A DNA stretch of 64,000 bases from Phoronis australis (lineage: Eukaryota; Animalia; Phoronida), in NCBI GenBank assembly GCA_002633005.1, contig NMRA01000545.1:224460-288459 (forward strand), in the 5' to 3' direction. The notes beneath the pieces were generated by a model, which saw only the letters and a program-made list of their open reading frames with translations, ran no database searches and was not told the DNA's origin. Both the position numbers and the translations under genes were made by a program. The first letter of the stretch is position 1. Each line of letters begins with the position of its first letter. Positions 35,601 through 47,403 of this stretch are shown here, piece after piece.

Positions 35601-36591
35601 GCCTTTAATAAAAATCCAGACGTTATTTCGATATAGAAATTCCCTGATTATGACATATCTGTCATACCTATTCTCTTTTTACAGTGAGTTGGATAAAATC
35701 TTTAATTTGTACTTTCTACTGTTGCCGTGCTTCACTCATTATGAAACTCAATCCTAGAATAAGTAAAAATGCATATCGGGAATAAATATCACCACGTATG
35801 AGTTGACCATATTTTCAGAGTGAAAAATAGACCCAATACTAACATAAGGACATGTATGATGTACTTCAAAATGAGGTTGTATTGTAAGCAGGGTTGAACA
35901 GTCGCAATGCAGTATAACTATCCTCATCAAAATACACGACAATGGCATCCTAAAATATCAGGTTTCAAATGGTTCAACGTTAATATTGAAAGACTTGCCA
36001 TTTGCTGTTCAGGATTTTCAAATAAACAGATTGGCCATGCATAACTGCACAAGGGCGTTTGAAGGTAGAGTATTTACAGCATGGAGATGGGTATTGAGCT
36101 GAATGTGAGCCTTCAGCGCTATTCATGGATTTAGCTGTTGTATAATGATATACTAATATGTTGTGTTTAGTGACTGTATAACTATTTACTTGATGTAAAT
36201 GAAGTAAACACTCCTGATGTTTTTTGTGTGATGCAACACAAGAGGATGAGTACCTGAATTCCTTTGTTCTGAATTTGTTCGTTTGTTTTCACCAGCCACT
36301 GAGTCGTCAACTTCTCCCGGAATACCTACAGAAGCGACATCTAGCAAGATGCCCAAACTACAACCACCAACTGCAAAAGGAAAATCCTTGACAAACGGGG
36401 TAGTAAATGGAGCCTCAGACAATAAGTCAAAGCTATCTAATGGCAAAGTGAATGGTGCAGTGTCAAAATGTAAAAGTATCCAAGAGGATCCAAGTGCCAG
36501 TAAAGTGTTTAAATCACTCTTTACTACCAGTGACAAGGCGAAAAACCAGCCGCAGGGAAATTGGGTCACTTTTAATCCACAGTATTTCTGA
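29603..36591 (+). CDS. RTF2: Replication termination factor 2 (RTFDC1), 7 exons, 302 aa
   Basis: Exons 29603-29671, 31513-31607, 32855-32945, 33575-33711, 34382-34460, 35204-35345 and 36296-36591 total 909 nt, all GT-AG and in frame. Motifs MGCDGGTIPTRDELV, WQHCAISQ, IVACELGKLYNKE, YICPVVGIEMNGKYRF, CGCVFSERALKE, C-terminal VFKSLFT...NWVT. Confidence 0.96.
30553..30972 (+). mobile_element. Truncated copy (left arm plus part of core) of the 15864-16760 foldback MITE, in RTF2 intron 1
   Basis: CAATGACCATCGCCTCTG...TACGCCGGAAGC...GGCCGAAGGTCAGAAGTTGCGG...GCCGTGTTGT is colinear with 15866-16252. Confidence 0.85.
31513..31607 (+). CDS. RTF2: RTF2 exon 2
   Basis: KDKDSVRATKWQHCAISQEKLREPIVACELG; AG/GT boundaries. 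Confidence 0.95.
32855..32945 (+). CDS. RTF2: RTF2 exon 3
   Basis: LYNKESVLELLLDRSQFEHSQNFRHLRGLK; donor GTAAG. Confidence 0.95.
33575..33711 (+). CDS. RTF2: RTF2 exon 4
   Basis: DVKELKLTDNPAY...YICPVVGIEMNGKY. Confidence 0.95.
34382..34460 (+). CDS. RTF2: RTF2 exon 5
   Basis: FCFVWTCGCVFSERALKEVKSDICHK. Confidence 0.95.
34701..34864. repeat. Minisatellite, 54-bp unit x3 (RTF2 intron 5)
   Basis: TGGAATAGTAATTGTTCTTATTTTTAAATTGGTCATCTAGTTCTGTCATAAAAG repeated perfectly. Confidence 0.95.
35028..35112 (-). repeat. (ATT)n-tailed retroposon 3' end
   Basis: (AAT)n followed by AACTTTATTT...GAGGAT, i.e. AATAAAGTT(ATT)n on the minus strand; a related end occurs at 55666-55775. Confidence 0.5.
35204..35345 (+). 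CDS. RTF2: RTF2 exon 6
   Basis: CGKAYQKSDVVILNGTEEDESEMEAKMEARR...KVET. Confidence 0.92.
36296..36591 (+). CDS. RTF2: RTF2 exon 7 (terminal)
   Basis: ATESSTS...SIQEDPSASKVFKSLFTTSDKAKNQPQGNWVTFNPQYF followed by TGA. Confidence 0.92.
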
Positions 36592-37629
36592 GCTGTAGCT
36601 ATGGACTGCATGACAAAGTTTGGGTGTACATTCTATTTCTGACATGAACTCATGTGGATTACGAGTCAAGTTGTAAGCTTAGGGGCCTCTGTAATGTATT
36701 TCAACAAGATTTCAACTCATTGAGACTTCCCTGGTCGCATAATGGTAATTTTGTCCATGAAACGTTCAAATTTACAAGATTAGCGGAAGTTGCTCCACAA
36801 AATGAGAGGCAGTTAAACACATCAATCAGAGCCATGACTTTTACTAGCTAACCCTGTCAAAAAAAATTTTGTTTGAAGTTGGAGAACCTAGCTCATGTGT
36901 GGAAAGACATGGTAAGAAAAAAACAGGTGAATTTGGTTTGAGTCCAAGGGTTGTTTGGGAATTGGAGTGCCGTCAGGGGTGACCTCTATCTGCCTGGTTA
37001 GAAAGCTTGTTTATTACTGGAGATTTATGTACTATACAAATCACTGGTATGGTTGAATAAGTTATTACTCAAATGTTGTGTGAAGTCATTTGCTTCTTGT
37101 AAATAGTTAAGGCCAAAAATAGCATATTATAGTTCTTGTCTGTGCCCAGCTCATTTTAAAACCTGTACTTTCCTGTTTAGGGGTAAAATATGTCAGTTTA
37201 CATCACTTAGCAAAGTTCTTTTTTCAAAAGCTACACAAACTGTAGGTAGTTTTTTATCAAAGTACCAACAATCGCCTCTTTTGTGACTTTAGTTAAGAAC
37301 AAGTTTCCAAAGGCAAGTGGTGCAGTTTTCATTATCGCTCTCAAAAAACAGACCAGATCCAATTATGCCTTTTGGCCTAATGCGACTTAACATTAATTTT
37401 TTTAGTGAATATGTTTGTATTGAGAGAGTAAAAGATTTCTGATTCATCTCAGTCTTGTTTCATCTCTGAAATATCAAGTACAAGTAATTGTCTCTGTGTC
37501 ATATCAACATCAAGGTTTACATTTTATGACTGTCACTGTTTACACCATTCAACTACTATTATTACCAGGTCTCTGCCTCTTGAGCCTACATGTAACTGTC
37601 TCAATATTTCTGCCACAACTGATCACGGC

Positions 37630-38790
37630 TGACACTGATTTTCGGACATGTTCGACTACTGTGGCGACTCCTAGTGGCATTTTTTGCGTCTACCGCTATA
37701 TTTCCTTAACTCTAAGGATGATTTTGAAAATTGGTGTTTATGTTTCTACTGTGAAGAGGATGGGTGATGATGATTTTCGGACTACTGTAGCTCCTCCTAG
37801 TGGCAGTTATTTTACGTCTGGCTGTATCAGGCAAACGCTCTGCAGGATACATGTAAATTTGGCAAGTGTATTAACATGAAGTTTATTAATATGAAGTTGA
37901 CATTGGCAACATTTGGACGGATCCGACTACTGCTGTGCCCCCTAGTGGCAATTTTAGTTTTTTCGTCTAGGGCTGTATGGTCTTTACCCTTTGCAAGATC
38001 TTTGTGAAATTTAGCAGATGTGTTCCTATGGAGATGGCAGTAGATGACCTGAGTTTCAGACCGATACAACTACAGCAGGGCTCCCTAGTGGCAATTTTAT
38101 TTTTTTACGTTTGCTTGTGTAACTTCAGAGTTCCTTTATGGTTTTTCATGAAACTTGTTTCTAGTAGAGGACAGCACCTTCCTTTATGTGTTGGAATCTA
38201 CGTATTCTGCACCAACTTGTAGCCATTTTCATTATTTTTAGTTTTTTTTTTTGTCGTCTGCTTCTGTATCTGCCAAACTGCGCACAGGAACATTATGAAA
38301 ATTGGCAAATGTGATTCTACTGCTAAGAGTATGACTGACGTTGATTTTCAAAGGGGTTCAACTACTGTTCCCAGTGGGAGCTTTTTACGTTTGCCCTTTT
38401 TGGAGTTTTGACGGATTTTCATGAACTTTGGCAAATGTTTTGGAGAGGCGACACCTTCTCATTTTGGATGGGTTCAATATATTTCGTGCCATCTAATGGC
38501 CAGTTTTATGATACAAATAAACACCCCTAGAACATGCGCGCACCCAACCCAAAATATAGAGGGGCTCGAATTTTTCGGTATGCGGAATTTTTACTGACAA
38601 AAATCAACGAGGACTAAAAAAAGCGGGCCGTTATGTTCAGGCCTACGAATTGTGCAACCTCGCAGAATTCTTGTTTCGCTGAGGCGGACCTTTTTGCCCC
38701 CTCCCCTACCCCCCGGGTGCGCCCATGTAGAAGGAACACCATTTGCGGTACGGTCGTGGGCACGTTTCAATGCTCCGCGTTGCTTTTATT
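37630..38790 (+). mobile_element. 5'-truncated HINE-family element with ~145-bp monomers
   Basis: Reverse-complement similarity to 2348-3300; 3' end GTGGGCACGTTTCAATGCTCCGCGTTGCTTTTATT; CCTAGTGGCA motifs near 37670, 37797, 37941 and 38085. Confidence 0.7.
38533..38727. mobile_element. 195-bp MITE nested in the HINE, 5-bp TSD
   Basis: TIR CATGCGCGCACCC / GGGTGCGCCCATG; TSD TAGAA at 38528-38532 and 38728-38732; empty site CCCTAGAAGGA seen in the 9049 copy. Confidence 0.8.
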
Positions 38791-40497
38791 TAGAAAATAT
38801 ATGGTGACACTTTACTTCTCTGTAACAAAATTGTAGATATTGACCTGTATACAATTCAAACAAATTAAACCCGTGTTCCTTTTTGATTTAGACCACTTTC
38901 CCCTCCAAAATGTTGTCGTTGTTCCTAACTCCGCTTGTTTCTAGATTCCGAAAAACTGAGAGTTACTGCTCGAGGCCATGCTCGGTGTCTAAAATAAAAT
39001 CGCCGTGAACATTTGCGTATGTTTCTTCAATAGCCTATGCTAACACAATAATCATTGTACCTTTGATTGTTGGTTTGTATCAAAAGGTTCGTTCAGCGGT
39101 TGTGCGAAATAGAAGCCAAATGCTTATAAAGCACATGTTGCTAGTTGTGTTAAAAATTAAAAGCATGGCCATCTCTTCGCGGTACTGTTTCGCGCAGATT
39201 TTATGTCACACAAAGTCTTTGTGTAAATTTGCGTCGGTGCCCACGGCAGTGTTTCCACTACATTTTTCAGTTCCATAATTTCAAACGACACATTTAGTTC
39301 GTTTTATTGTGCTTTTCTTGAGATAGTGCCTGGCTAACATGGCTTGAAAGGTCTGAAATAATGCAATTAACTTTTTAAGAGAACACAGCATCTCGGACTG
39401 CAGCGCGTGATGCCCATTATGACGTAAACACACTCTGAAGTTACACAAGCAAAGGTAAAAAAAAAAAATTGCCACTAGGGAGCATAATGATCAATCAAAA
39501 ATCGTGATTTCCGTGAAGTCAGTTGACATTTGTGTAAAACGACGCATATCAGTCTTACAGAGGACCGACTATTTGGTCACCATCCCAGGATAAAGCGTCG
39601 CGGTCACGCACTTTTGAAATGCCATTGTCTAAAGTTTGGATGATATTTAAGAGAAATCGTTCATGCCATTTCGGTGCAACCTTTTTCTTGATAAAGGTGG
39701 TAGTCGGGCGCTTAACTTTTACTGGCACACGTAAAAACGGGTGTGCGTGACTGCTATTTCAAGTGCTTTTCGGTGTCTCATTTTTAACGATCATTTTTAA
39801 CACAATGTTCGGTGTGATGATGAAAAAGGTCAGTTACTCCTGTGAATGAGTTTCCCTGCAACTTGCCTGTCTGAGACGGCTTTGCAATGAATGTACCTGA
39901 TGGAATATTGTTCAGCTCGCGGACATTTGCTCTTTTACCGATTATTTCTCACCGGGTTGTGAGCGTTCTTGCTCAGCTTTTGAGGGAGCAATAACCACAT
40001 AGCTGATTGTGTAGCTAAATGTCTAGACTGTTGTGAAATCTGATGCCGCTTCTTCCACTAAGTTATCATTAAAGGACTTAACACGAGTCGTGCTGCTTAT
40101 CTGGTGGAGAGCGAAGGACATCAGCAACCCGGGATATCACGAGTGTGGGGACAAGTTGATATAGTACGCTTGTCGAGTTTTTCGTGGAAACCAGACGTAG
40201 AGAGCCTAAATACTTGACGGCAGTGTGCGTTGAAACTGTTTTGTTGGTCGGAGGAACCAGTGAATCAATTAAAGCAAATACCATGTACGTGCTTTCCAAC
40301 ACTACACGGGCCTGCGTGTAAGTGTTTGTGTTTCCGTCAGTCGATGACTTAGCAGAGAAAACAATAAATTCATTTTTAAGCTCAACGACGATTGGATACA
40401 AGACCTTATGTTTTAAAAGACGGTACGGCGGAGAAATCTATGAGTCAAGAGGAGAACCCAAGTTGTCTTTTGGACGAGTTGAATTTTGTAAAATACG

Positions 40498-40797
40498 ATG
40501 CCTCCTGGAAGTATTTACACGACAAGAAACCTTCTGATAAACGAGACTGGGGTTGTTCAAAACGCTACTCATAACATCAGTGGATTAGTCGTCGCGACCA
40601 CTGCGAAACCTGCGGACCACACCATAATGGCATTTGATCACATCTATTTTATGGTGGTGTTCATTGCATTTTACACGTGTATAATATTTTCGTGTATGGT
40701 CGGGATCAGGAAGCGAAACAGAGAGGAAATGTCGCAAAGGAACTGGTTCAAAGATTTTTTCTTTAAAGATTCAAGACCATACTATGAAGAGGAATAG
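40498..40797 (+). CDS. Putative 99-aa single-pass membrane protein, KCNE/MinK-like
   Basis: ATG-to-TAG ORF with three N-glycosylation sequons (N15, N22, N26), no signal peptide, TM at about residues 49-70 (IYFMVVFIAFYTCIIFSCMVGI) and basic RKRNRE after the TM; AATAAA near 41855. Confidence 0.6.
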   Translation: MPPGSIYTTRNLLINETGVVQNATHNISGLVVATTAKPADHTIMAFDHIYFMVVFIAFYTCIIFSCMVGIRKRNREEMSQRNWFKDFFFKDSRPYYEEE

Positions 40798-43700
40798 ACA
40801 TCAGAACTGAATTGAGAAAATATTTGTCGAATTCGTTTTTTACGTTGGTTGGTATGCCGGTAGTTTCCGAGCACAGGTTACGACAGCTGATATGAAATCC
40901 TGTTGTCTGCTCAACATTGCCCACTAGGCAGACTAATCATCATTCCAAAGTTGGTTTTCACCTCGTAATGCTTGATCACTGGGATTTTTCTTTCCGAAGA
41001 GATTTCTTTTTCTTTAATTGTTTTTTAACTGAGATGCCCTTGAAATATTATATTTTTATCCATTGTTTGCATTCTGTCTTAAATGAAAAAAAATTACGAA
41101 AAGAAAATATTTGCCACATGAATGGTTTAATATTTTTACTATAACTTGCTTTTGGACTTTTCCTTTTAGGACTCACGAGTTGCATTGATAAGTAAGTTGC
41201 CATTGTATGTGTTATAAGTCATAATGGACTTCTTTTTTCGTTTCGTCATGTAATGTAATAATCATATTTTGAATGCATGTTATGATTCTGAAATGGCACT
41301 TGCTCGGAACGCAGCTCAGCTAGCGCCTGCAAAAGCACAGAACATGGATCGGTTCTGTAAGTGAAGTTTACTAGGCGCATGTGCAAGAGCAATTTTTTGA
41401 AAAAAGTTGTTTTGGGAAGTGGCAGGTGGGTCTAAATACGTCTACACGCAACATAAAAGAGAAATGCTGCAATAGCCGTATCACATTGCAAATTACGTCA
41501 ACTGTCGGCAGTAAGCTAAATATAAATACTAAAACCATAAGTGCTAGACAGATTGATAAGTCATAATCCTATTTCGATGGATTAGGTGACTTTTAAGTTA
41601 ACGAATTTTGTACACACAGGTTGGAAGTGACTCGTTTGATATGCATGCTGACGCGGGTAAAATTCAAGCGCATTAAAAATAATTTCAAAACTTCTATTTA
41701 GTCCTTTTTCTAGACGATACCGATTTTCAGATGACTTTTGTTACTGAATCGCCTGGCATAGTCATTTGCTCGAAGTCACTACCCAAGTGCCAATTTTCTA
41801 CTACGCTTAATGAACTGATTAATGTAAACACACGACACAAAACTATTGACAACAAATAAAAACTCATCGCTGCGTTTTGGTCAATTTTATTGTATTTCTT
41901 CCGCGAAAGAAGGATTCCAGTACGTTATCTTTTCACGAGGAATTCCAATTTCAGAAACCAAATATTTTAAAAATTGCCATTTTGTGTTCTTGACATTTCA
42001 GTTAATTTAGGCAGTATTTTTATTGCTGTAAAGACGTCGCTAATGCGATAATTGACCTGTACAACACATTAGGAGCTTAGATCACTGAACTTTCGTGATG
42101 TCAAAGACCGACGGCGACACCGATTTTCCGGTTGATGTAGAGAAAGATCGTCCTGCAACTACACGATAACATGATGGCCAGGTTTCCTAATGTCTGTCGT
42201 CAAAAGATTCGCTCCAAAATCCACACCGTTTAACAGCGCCGAAATGTTCGGCAACCGCCACTATTTATTCGGACGAATACTGAAAACAGTGCCAATTAAG
42301 TCGGTATATACCAGTGCGCCGGTTTTGGGGGCCGGGATAATACAACTATAGCACTTAGGTGAATTAAGAGGGAAGGGGGGGGGGNGGGGGGGTCCAGTAG
42401 GCGCGGACATGACCACAAAATGCAGTCGCCTTGAGATGTGGCTGTTCTTTTTTGCTGGATATCAGACTCAAGTTGGCTTCTCATGGCGTCAATGTTTGGT
42501 TAAGCAATTTACCACGAACTGTCAGTTAAGTGAAGCCAGCAGAGACCATTCAGAACACGTTGAGATCAGTTCTATAGCGGCAAATGTTCTGAATCAAACG
42601 TTACAGAATGCAATGGACAGCTTTATAGCCGTTTTCATTAGATCACTTTGCCATTTTGTTACTGCTCTACTGGAGGCAAAAGTTTATTCCTCAAATAAAG
42701 AGTTGTGACACCTTTGCAAAATCGTATCATTTCATCCCCAAATGCAGACTGAAGGTTGTCCCTTCTCCATGACTTGGACTGCGCAAGTCTCTAAAGAAAG
42801 ACGGCAAACGCGGTTTGTTCTATAGTGGAATGGGCGCGTGACCACAGCGTAATAACGAGCTGGAGGTATTCACGAATTAGATAACTTATAGCCTGAAACG
42901 GAATGTTTAGCCTACTGCCAGCTAATATTTTTCAATTCTTTCTAATTTCACATATGAGGCAATAGGGGTGGAAGGCATTAAAACACTTAATGGTATTTTG
43001 CTCAACCCTGAACCGAGTTTGGGACTGGGACTTACACCTGGTTGTGGCTTTGCGGGAGGTTCGAGTTAACCAAAACTATTGCCGTTCGCAAGATCTTTTT
43101 TAGTCACACCGCTTACTTCTAAGGCATCCATGCCTAAATGTAAAACGCCTCGATTTTATATAGTCGTGATGGCTGCGAGTGAATGTTTTGAAATCAATTT
43201 CCGATTAAATGCAATTCAGGTGACGAGGAGCAGGGGCGCGGGGGCACAGGAATAAACAGAATTTCAGCAGATGCGCGGACCTTCTGACTAAAAAAAAGTT
43301 AACAGGGTTTGTTATTCACCCCCATCCCCCGAGCCCTCCCTGGTTGAGCCAATGTGCTAGTCAACGATTCGCACCCGAACTGCCAAATGGTATCGGGTAG
43401 AATTTTGAATGTTAGGGGGTCCATGGCCCTCTTGGCCCTCCCTAAAATCCGTCACTGAGGAGACAAACTAACTGCTCGGATGCAAGGACCCCTTTGCGGA
43501 TGCTAGCTGATTTGTCTGGCTACATTAGGATTTTCTCTTGTGAAGCTACTAACATTTTCGCCTCTCACGTAAACGGAACATTAGATGAGCGGAGGGTGAT
43601 TTCCACCAATTCTGAATGGGCAATAGTATTTGAAATTCAAACAGTAATTTAATACTGTGATATTTTGTATTAAACTATTGGTTTAAAATTATAATAATTT

Positions 43701-44549
43701 CCTCCGAAATATCACATTTAAAGCAAATCAGACCACAAAAAACTTTCTTAAATGGAAACTTTGACTTACTGATCAAATCACGAAAAACAGAATTTAATGA
43801 TAAAATCTAATGTCAAAACAAAAAGTTTGAGGTAACAAAAGAGTGAGTACTGATCTGTTAGATGTCTGTAGAAGCACAATACATTTTACTGAGGAGTTTG
43901 AAAGGTTTCCTTAAAATTGACGTGACTAATTAAATCATTCTCTTTCAATAACTGACATTTTAAGATAAAATAATTAGTTCACAATGCATTCTATTGACTC
44001 ATTCCCATCAAAAAGGAATACACACCTCCAGCACGTTTATTACAAATCACCAACACTGCTCTACATGATATCATTTATACATTATACACATCAGATACAT
44101 ACAGAAAAGTGCTTGTTGTGCAATCCTTTCTAGAAGCCTATCGAAATTTTACAGTAAAACTCTAAGTCAGACATGCATAAATCTTATTTCCATTTAACTT
44201 GGACAAAGTTCCACAGTATGGTTGTTCAAGTTTGTGCACATGGCGCTTTACATAATACAGATTTCCTCTTACTTGGATCCGACTTGTCCAAGTTTAACTG
44301 TACTTGCAAAACTTCATTCAGACCATCATCAGATGATGCCAATTTTTAACCGGCATGCGTGTTATTTCAAGAAATTATTGGAGTCAATAACCACATTTAA
44401 CTGTTATAACCCTTGGCTTGTGAAAAGTAGGTCTAGCTTTCCAAGTAATCTGGGTTTTAAATTTGCATTTCACAAGACAAGTCCGAGGCTGCCAGCCTTC
44501 CTTTGTATATTAAGGCTGACTGCCCTACACACGTCCACACAAGACCTTG

Positions 44550-45794
44550 TTATGTGGATGAAGTCGACCTTCCATTAACTTTAAGGTGAGCAGCTCCCAC
44601 AGCACTTGACACACTGGTATAGCCATTTTTCTCCAATAACTCTGATAACTCTCGCTTGATCTTATTGGCCAATGGTGGCCCTTCATATACAATGCTCGAG
44701 TACAGTTCAACCAACGAAGCTCCAGCCTCTATTTTATCCAGGGCATCCTGGCCGCAAGCCACACCCCCGACACCGATGATGGGCAGCCGACCTTGTGTCA
44801 ACCTGTACATGTCCTTGACACATTCAGTGGACATATGCTTGAGTGGTTGACCACTGAGCCCACCCATCTCCGACTGGTAGTGACTCCTTAAGCTCTCTGG
44901 CCGTGATACAGTTGTGTTGGACACAATCAAGCCATCAACTCCACTCCCTGGTCTAGCCACAACAGCAGCTATGTCTATTTTATCTTGTTGAGTAAGATCC
45001 GGAGCTACCTTGACAAGAATAGGTGGCTTTTTAGCAACACTGAGATTGTCACGCTCCTGCACGACCTTTTCTACTAACTCCTGTAGTTGTTGTCTACCCT
45101 GTAGGTCACGTAGACCTGGTGTGTTCGGACTTGACACATTGATGACAAGGTAATCGGCAACATCACCAAACTTGCGTACACCACGTACATAGTCGTCAAC
45201 GGAACTGGGAGATGTCTTGTTCTTCCCAAGGTTTACACCCAGAACCCCAGAACCTAAAGAGGAGCCATCTCCTGCTGATGTCGGTTCCTTCTGTCGCGCC
45301 TTTAATCGCGCATACACAACATCATGTCCATGACTATTGAAGCCAAACCTGTTTATAACAGCATTATCTTCAAATAATCTGAACAGCCTTGGCTTGGGGT
45401 TCCCTTGCTGTGGCTCTGGTGTGATGCTGCCAACTTCTACAAACCCAAATCCCATTTGCAGTAGTCCATCAACTGCCTCCCCGTGTTTGTCAAACCCAGC
45501 GGCCATACCAACAGGGTTCTTGAATTTCATCCCCAAAACTTCGGTTTGAAGAGATGGATGGTCTGTATTCTTTATGCGCGGTATAAGCCCGTATTTACAA
45601 ACTTTAACAGCCAAATTATGGGCCGTCTCTGGTGAGAAGATTCGCAGGGACGGCATTACGTAATCCTTATAGAAAGACTCGTTTCCAGTCCACGCAGCAT
45701 GTGCAGCAAACATGAGCGTGCCCGAGGAAATTACTATGAATCCTTGCTTCCACTTCTCCCAATTGGACATGGAAGGCTTCACAACTCTGCTCAT
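44550..45794 (-). CDS. DHODH: Dihydroorotate dehydrogenase (quinone), mitochondrial, class 2; single coding exon, 414 aa
   Basis: [65 protein letters not shown], catalytic [33 protein letters not shown]; N-terminal membrane anchor. Confidence 0.98.
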   Translation of the reverse strand: MSRVVKPSMSNWEKWKQGFIVISSGTLMFAAHAAWTGNESFYKDYVMPSLRIFSPETAHNLAVKVCKYGLIPRIKNTDHPSLQTEVLGMKFKNPVGMAAGFDKHGEAVDGLLQMGFGFVEVGSITPEPQQGNPKPRLFRLFEDNAVINRFGFNSHGHDVVYARLKARQKEPTSAGDGSSLGSGVLGVNLGKNKTSPSSVDDYVRGVRKFGDVADYLVINVSSPNTPGLRDLQGRQQLQELVEKVVQERDNLSVAKKPPILVKVAPDLTQQDKIDIAAVVARPGSGVDGLIVSNTTVSRPESLRSHYQSEMGGLSGQPLKHMSTECVKDMYRLTQGRLPIIGVGGVACGQDALDKIEAGASLVELYSSIVYEGPPLANKIKRELSELLEKNGYTSVSSAVGAAHLKVNGRSTSST

Positions 45795-45998
45795 TCTTAT
45801 TTAGTTAGAACTGTCCTCTGAACTCACAGTCATTCACGCTTCACTCTTAGACTTACATAAACACGGGTTACTGTTCTTGAATAACCTGTGTTATTTTAGG
45901 CGTGATTTCCGTTTCCGTTCGCACTTGCGTAAATGGCGTCAAAATAAATTTCGCCATCTTTCTGGCTTCTCAAAAACGAGTTGTGATTTTCCTCCAAA
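45795..45998. promoter_or_regulatory. Compact bidirectional promoter DHODH / FCHO
   Basis: Only 204 bp separate the two ATGs; CpG-rich; YY1-like AAATGGCG (45931) and opposite-strand CGCCATCTT (45952). Confidence 0.65.
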
Positions 45999-46025
45999 AT
46001 GGAGTCATTTGCAGACAACTTTTGG
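45999..46025 (+). CDS. FCHO2: First coding exon of an FCHO1/2-type F-BAR protein (MESFADNFW); rest of gene not found in window
   Basis: AAAATGG context; the peptide matches the FCHO N-terminus (M..YFVENFW|GEKN, recalled) and ends in a phase-0 GTAAGT donor at the equivalent position. Other F-BAR families (PSTPIP, GAS7) are not excluded. Confidence 0.65.
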
Positions 46026-46328
46026 GTAAGTTTGGTTGCATGCGTCTGAGGACTTAAAGTGAAGATTGAAATCTGTCGCCTAGTTGGGAATTAGGTTGTT
46101 GCATTCAAAAGTTTTGGTCGTTTTTATGCCTGGCATTTGACCACTGACACTGATTCACTCGCGCCTGCGTTTGCGGCCGACAAAACGTCACCCAAACGTG
46201 CTAGACTAGAGTCACACCGCTGACGGACGTGAACCAGGAGGGCATGGAGTAGGGTGTACGCAGTTACTTGAGTGATCCAGGATTCAGGAATAGTAAAATA
46301 AGGGTTATTTGCCTATTGGAGTATTGGT

Positions 46329-46446
46329 GGCACTGGTCAGATGCGGTCCCTGATTTAGAGAACCAGGCAGTCACTAAATAACGGGCCCGTTACTTAGTGG
46401 AGGAAACTGGTTCTCTAAATCAGGACCCCTATATCCGACCAGTGCC
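46329..46446. mobile_element. ~118-bp palindromic MITE (family copy 2)
   Basis: GGCACTGGTC...GACCAGTGCC ends flanked by the 8-bp direct repeat GTATTGGT; homolog of 26196-26313. Confidence 0.8.
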
Positions 46447-47168
46447 GTATTGGTCATGATGGTAGTTTTATCAGTCCAGCAAAAGCCTGACCGTATTCAC
46501 TCATTCCAAATCCCCCCGGCCTTATCGTTAACCAATACTCAACTCAAACAGAGCTGAAGGGCTGTTGAAATTTTTTCACAAATCTGTGAAATGGTCATAA
46601 ACCAGAAGAATGGAGGTGATAATAGCCTTAGGCTAGTTTTCCCCGTTTCTAAAGCTGACAATAAACATTTTATCTATCATCATATATCTTTATCTAAAAT
46701 ACCTGCTGAGTGTGCTGGTACTTACCAAATTCAATTCTCTTAGGGCATTTATATTTGGGGAACTGTAAACAGTTTCAGGTGTCGACGCTAAGAAAATCGA
46801 CATTTTGTGGCCTAGCCAAAATCCCAGGTGGCATTTTCAAAATCTAGCTCACATTCATCTGTGCCAGGTCGCAAAATTTTCCCACCATTTATACGCGCCA
46901 AAATTTATTTTTTTTGGATGATCAAGAAAATGTTTAGATTATGATTTTACCTATGTTTAAATACTCACAAAATCCAGGTCGCAAAATTGAGGTCTTACCG
47001 GTACATGCAAGTATGTAAAACAATAAAGTAGTAAAACAATGATTAAGTACATGTAACAAAGAAACAATGGCGAAAGATGAAAATTTGACTAAGAGAGATG
47101 AAATTAAATAAATGGATGATAGTAAATAGTGAGAGTATTTACAGTAATGAAAAATAACATAATTAAGA

Positions 47169-47403
47169 CAGAAAATGTGTAAGAATGGGTAAGTAAATTA
47201 CAGCCACTTCTAAGGGTTGGTTTATCGACTACACTTATTGTTAGTCAGAAAATGTGTAAGAATGGGTAAGTAAATTACAGCCACTTCTAAGGGTTGGTTT
47301 ATCGACTACACTTATTGTTAGTCAGAAAATGTGTAAGAATGGGTAAGTAAATTACAGCCACTTCTAAGGGTTGGTTTATTGACTACACTTATTATTAGAC
47401 AGA
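47169..47403. repeat. Tandem repeat, 77-bp unit x3
   Basis: CAGAAAATGTGTAAGAATGGGTAAG... units start at 47169, 47246 and 47323. Confidence 0.95.

Noticed and set aside
36186-36611. 141-aa minus-strand ORF; also the antisense ORFs over DHODH and TMEM69
   Set aside because: Shadow ORFs opposite real coding exons.
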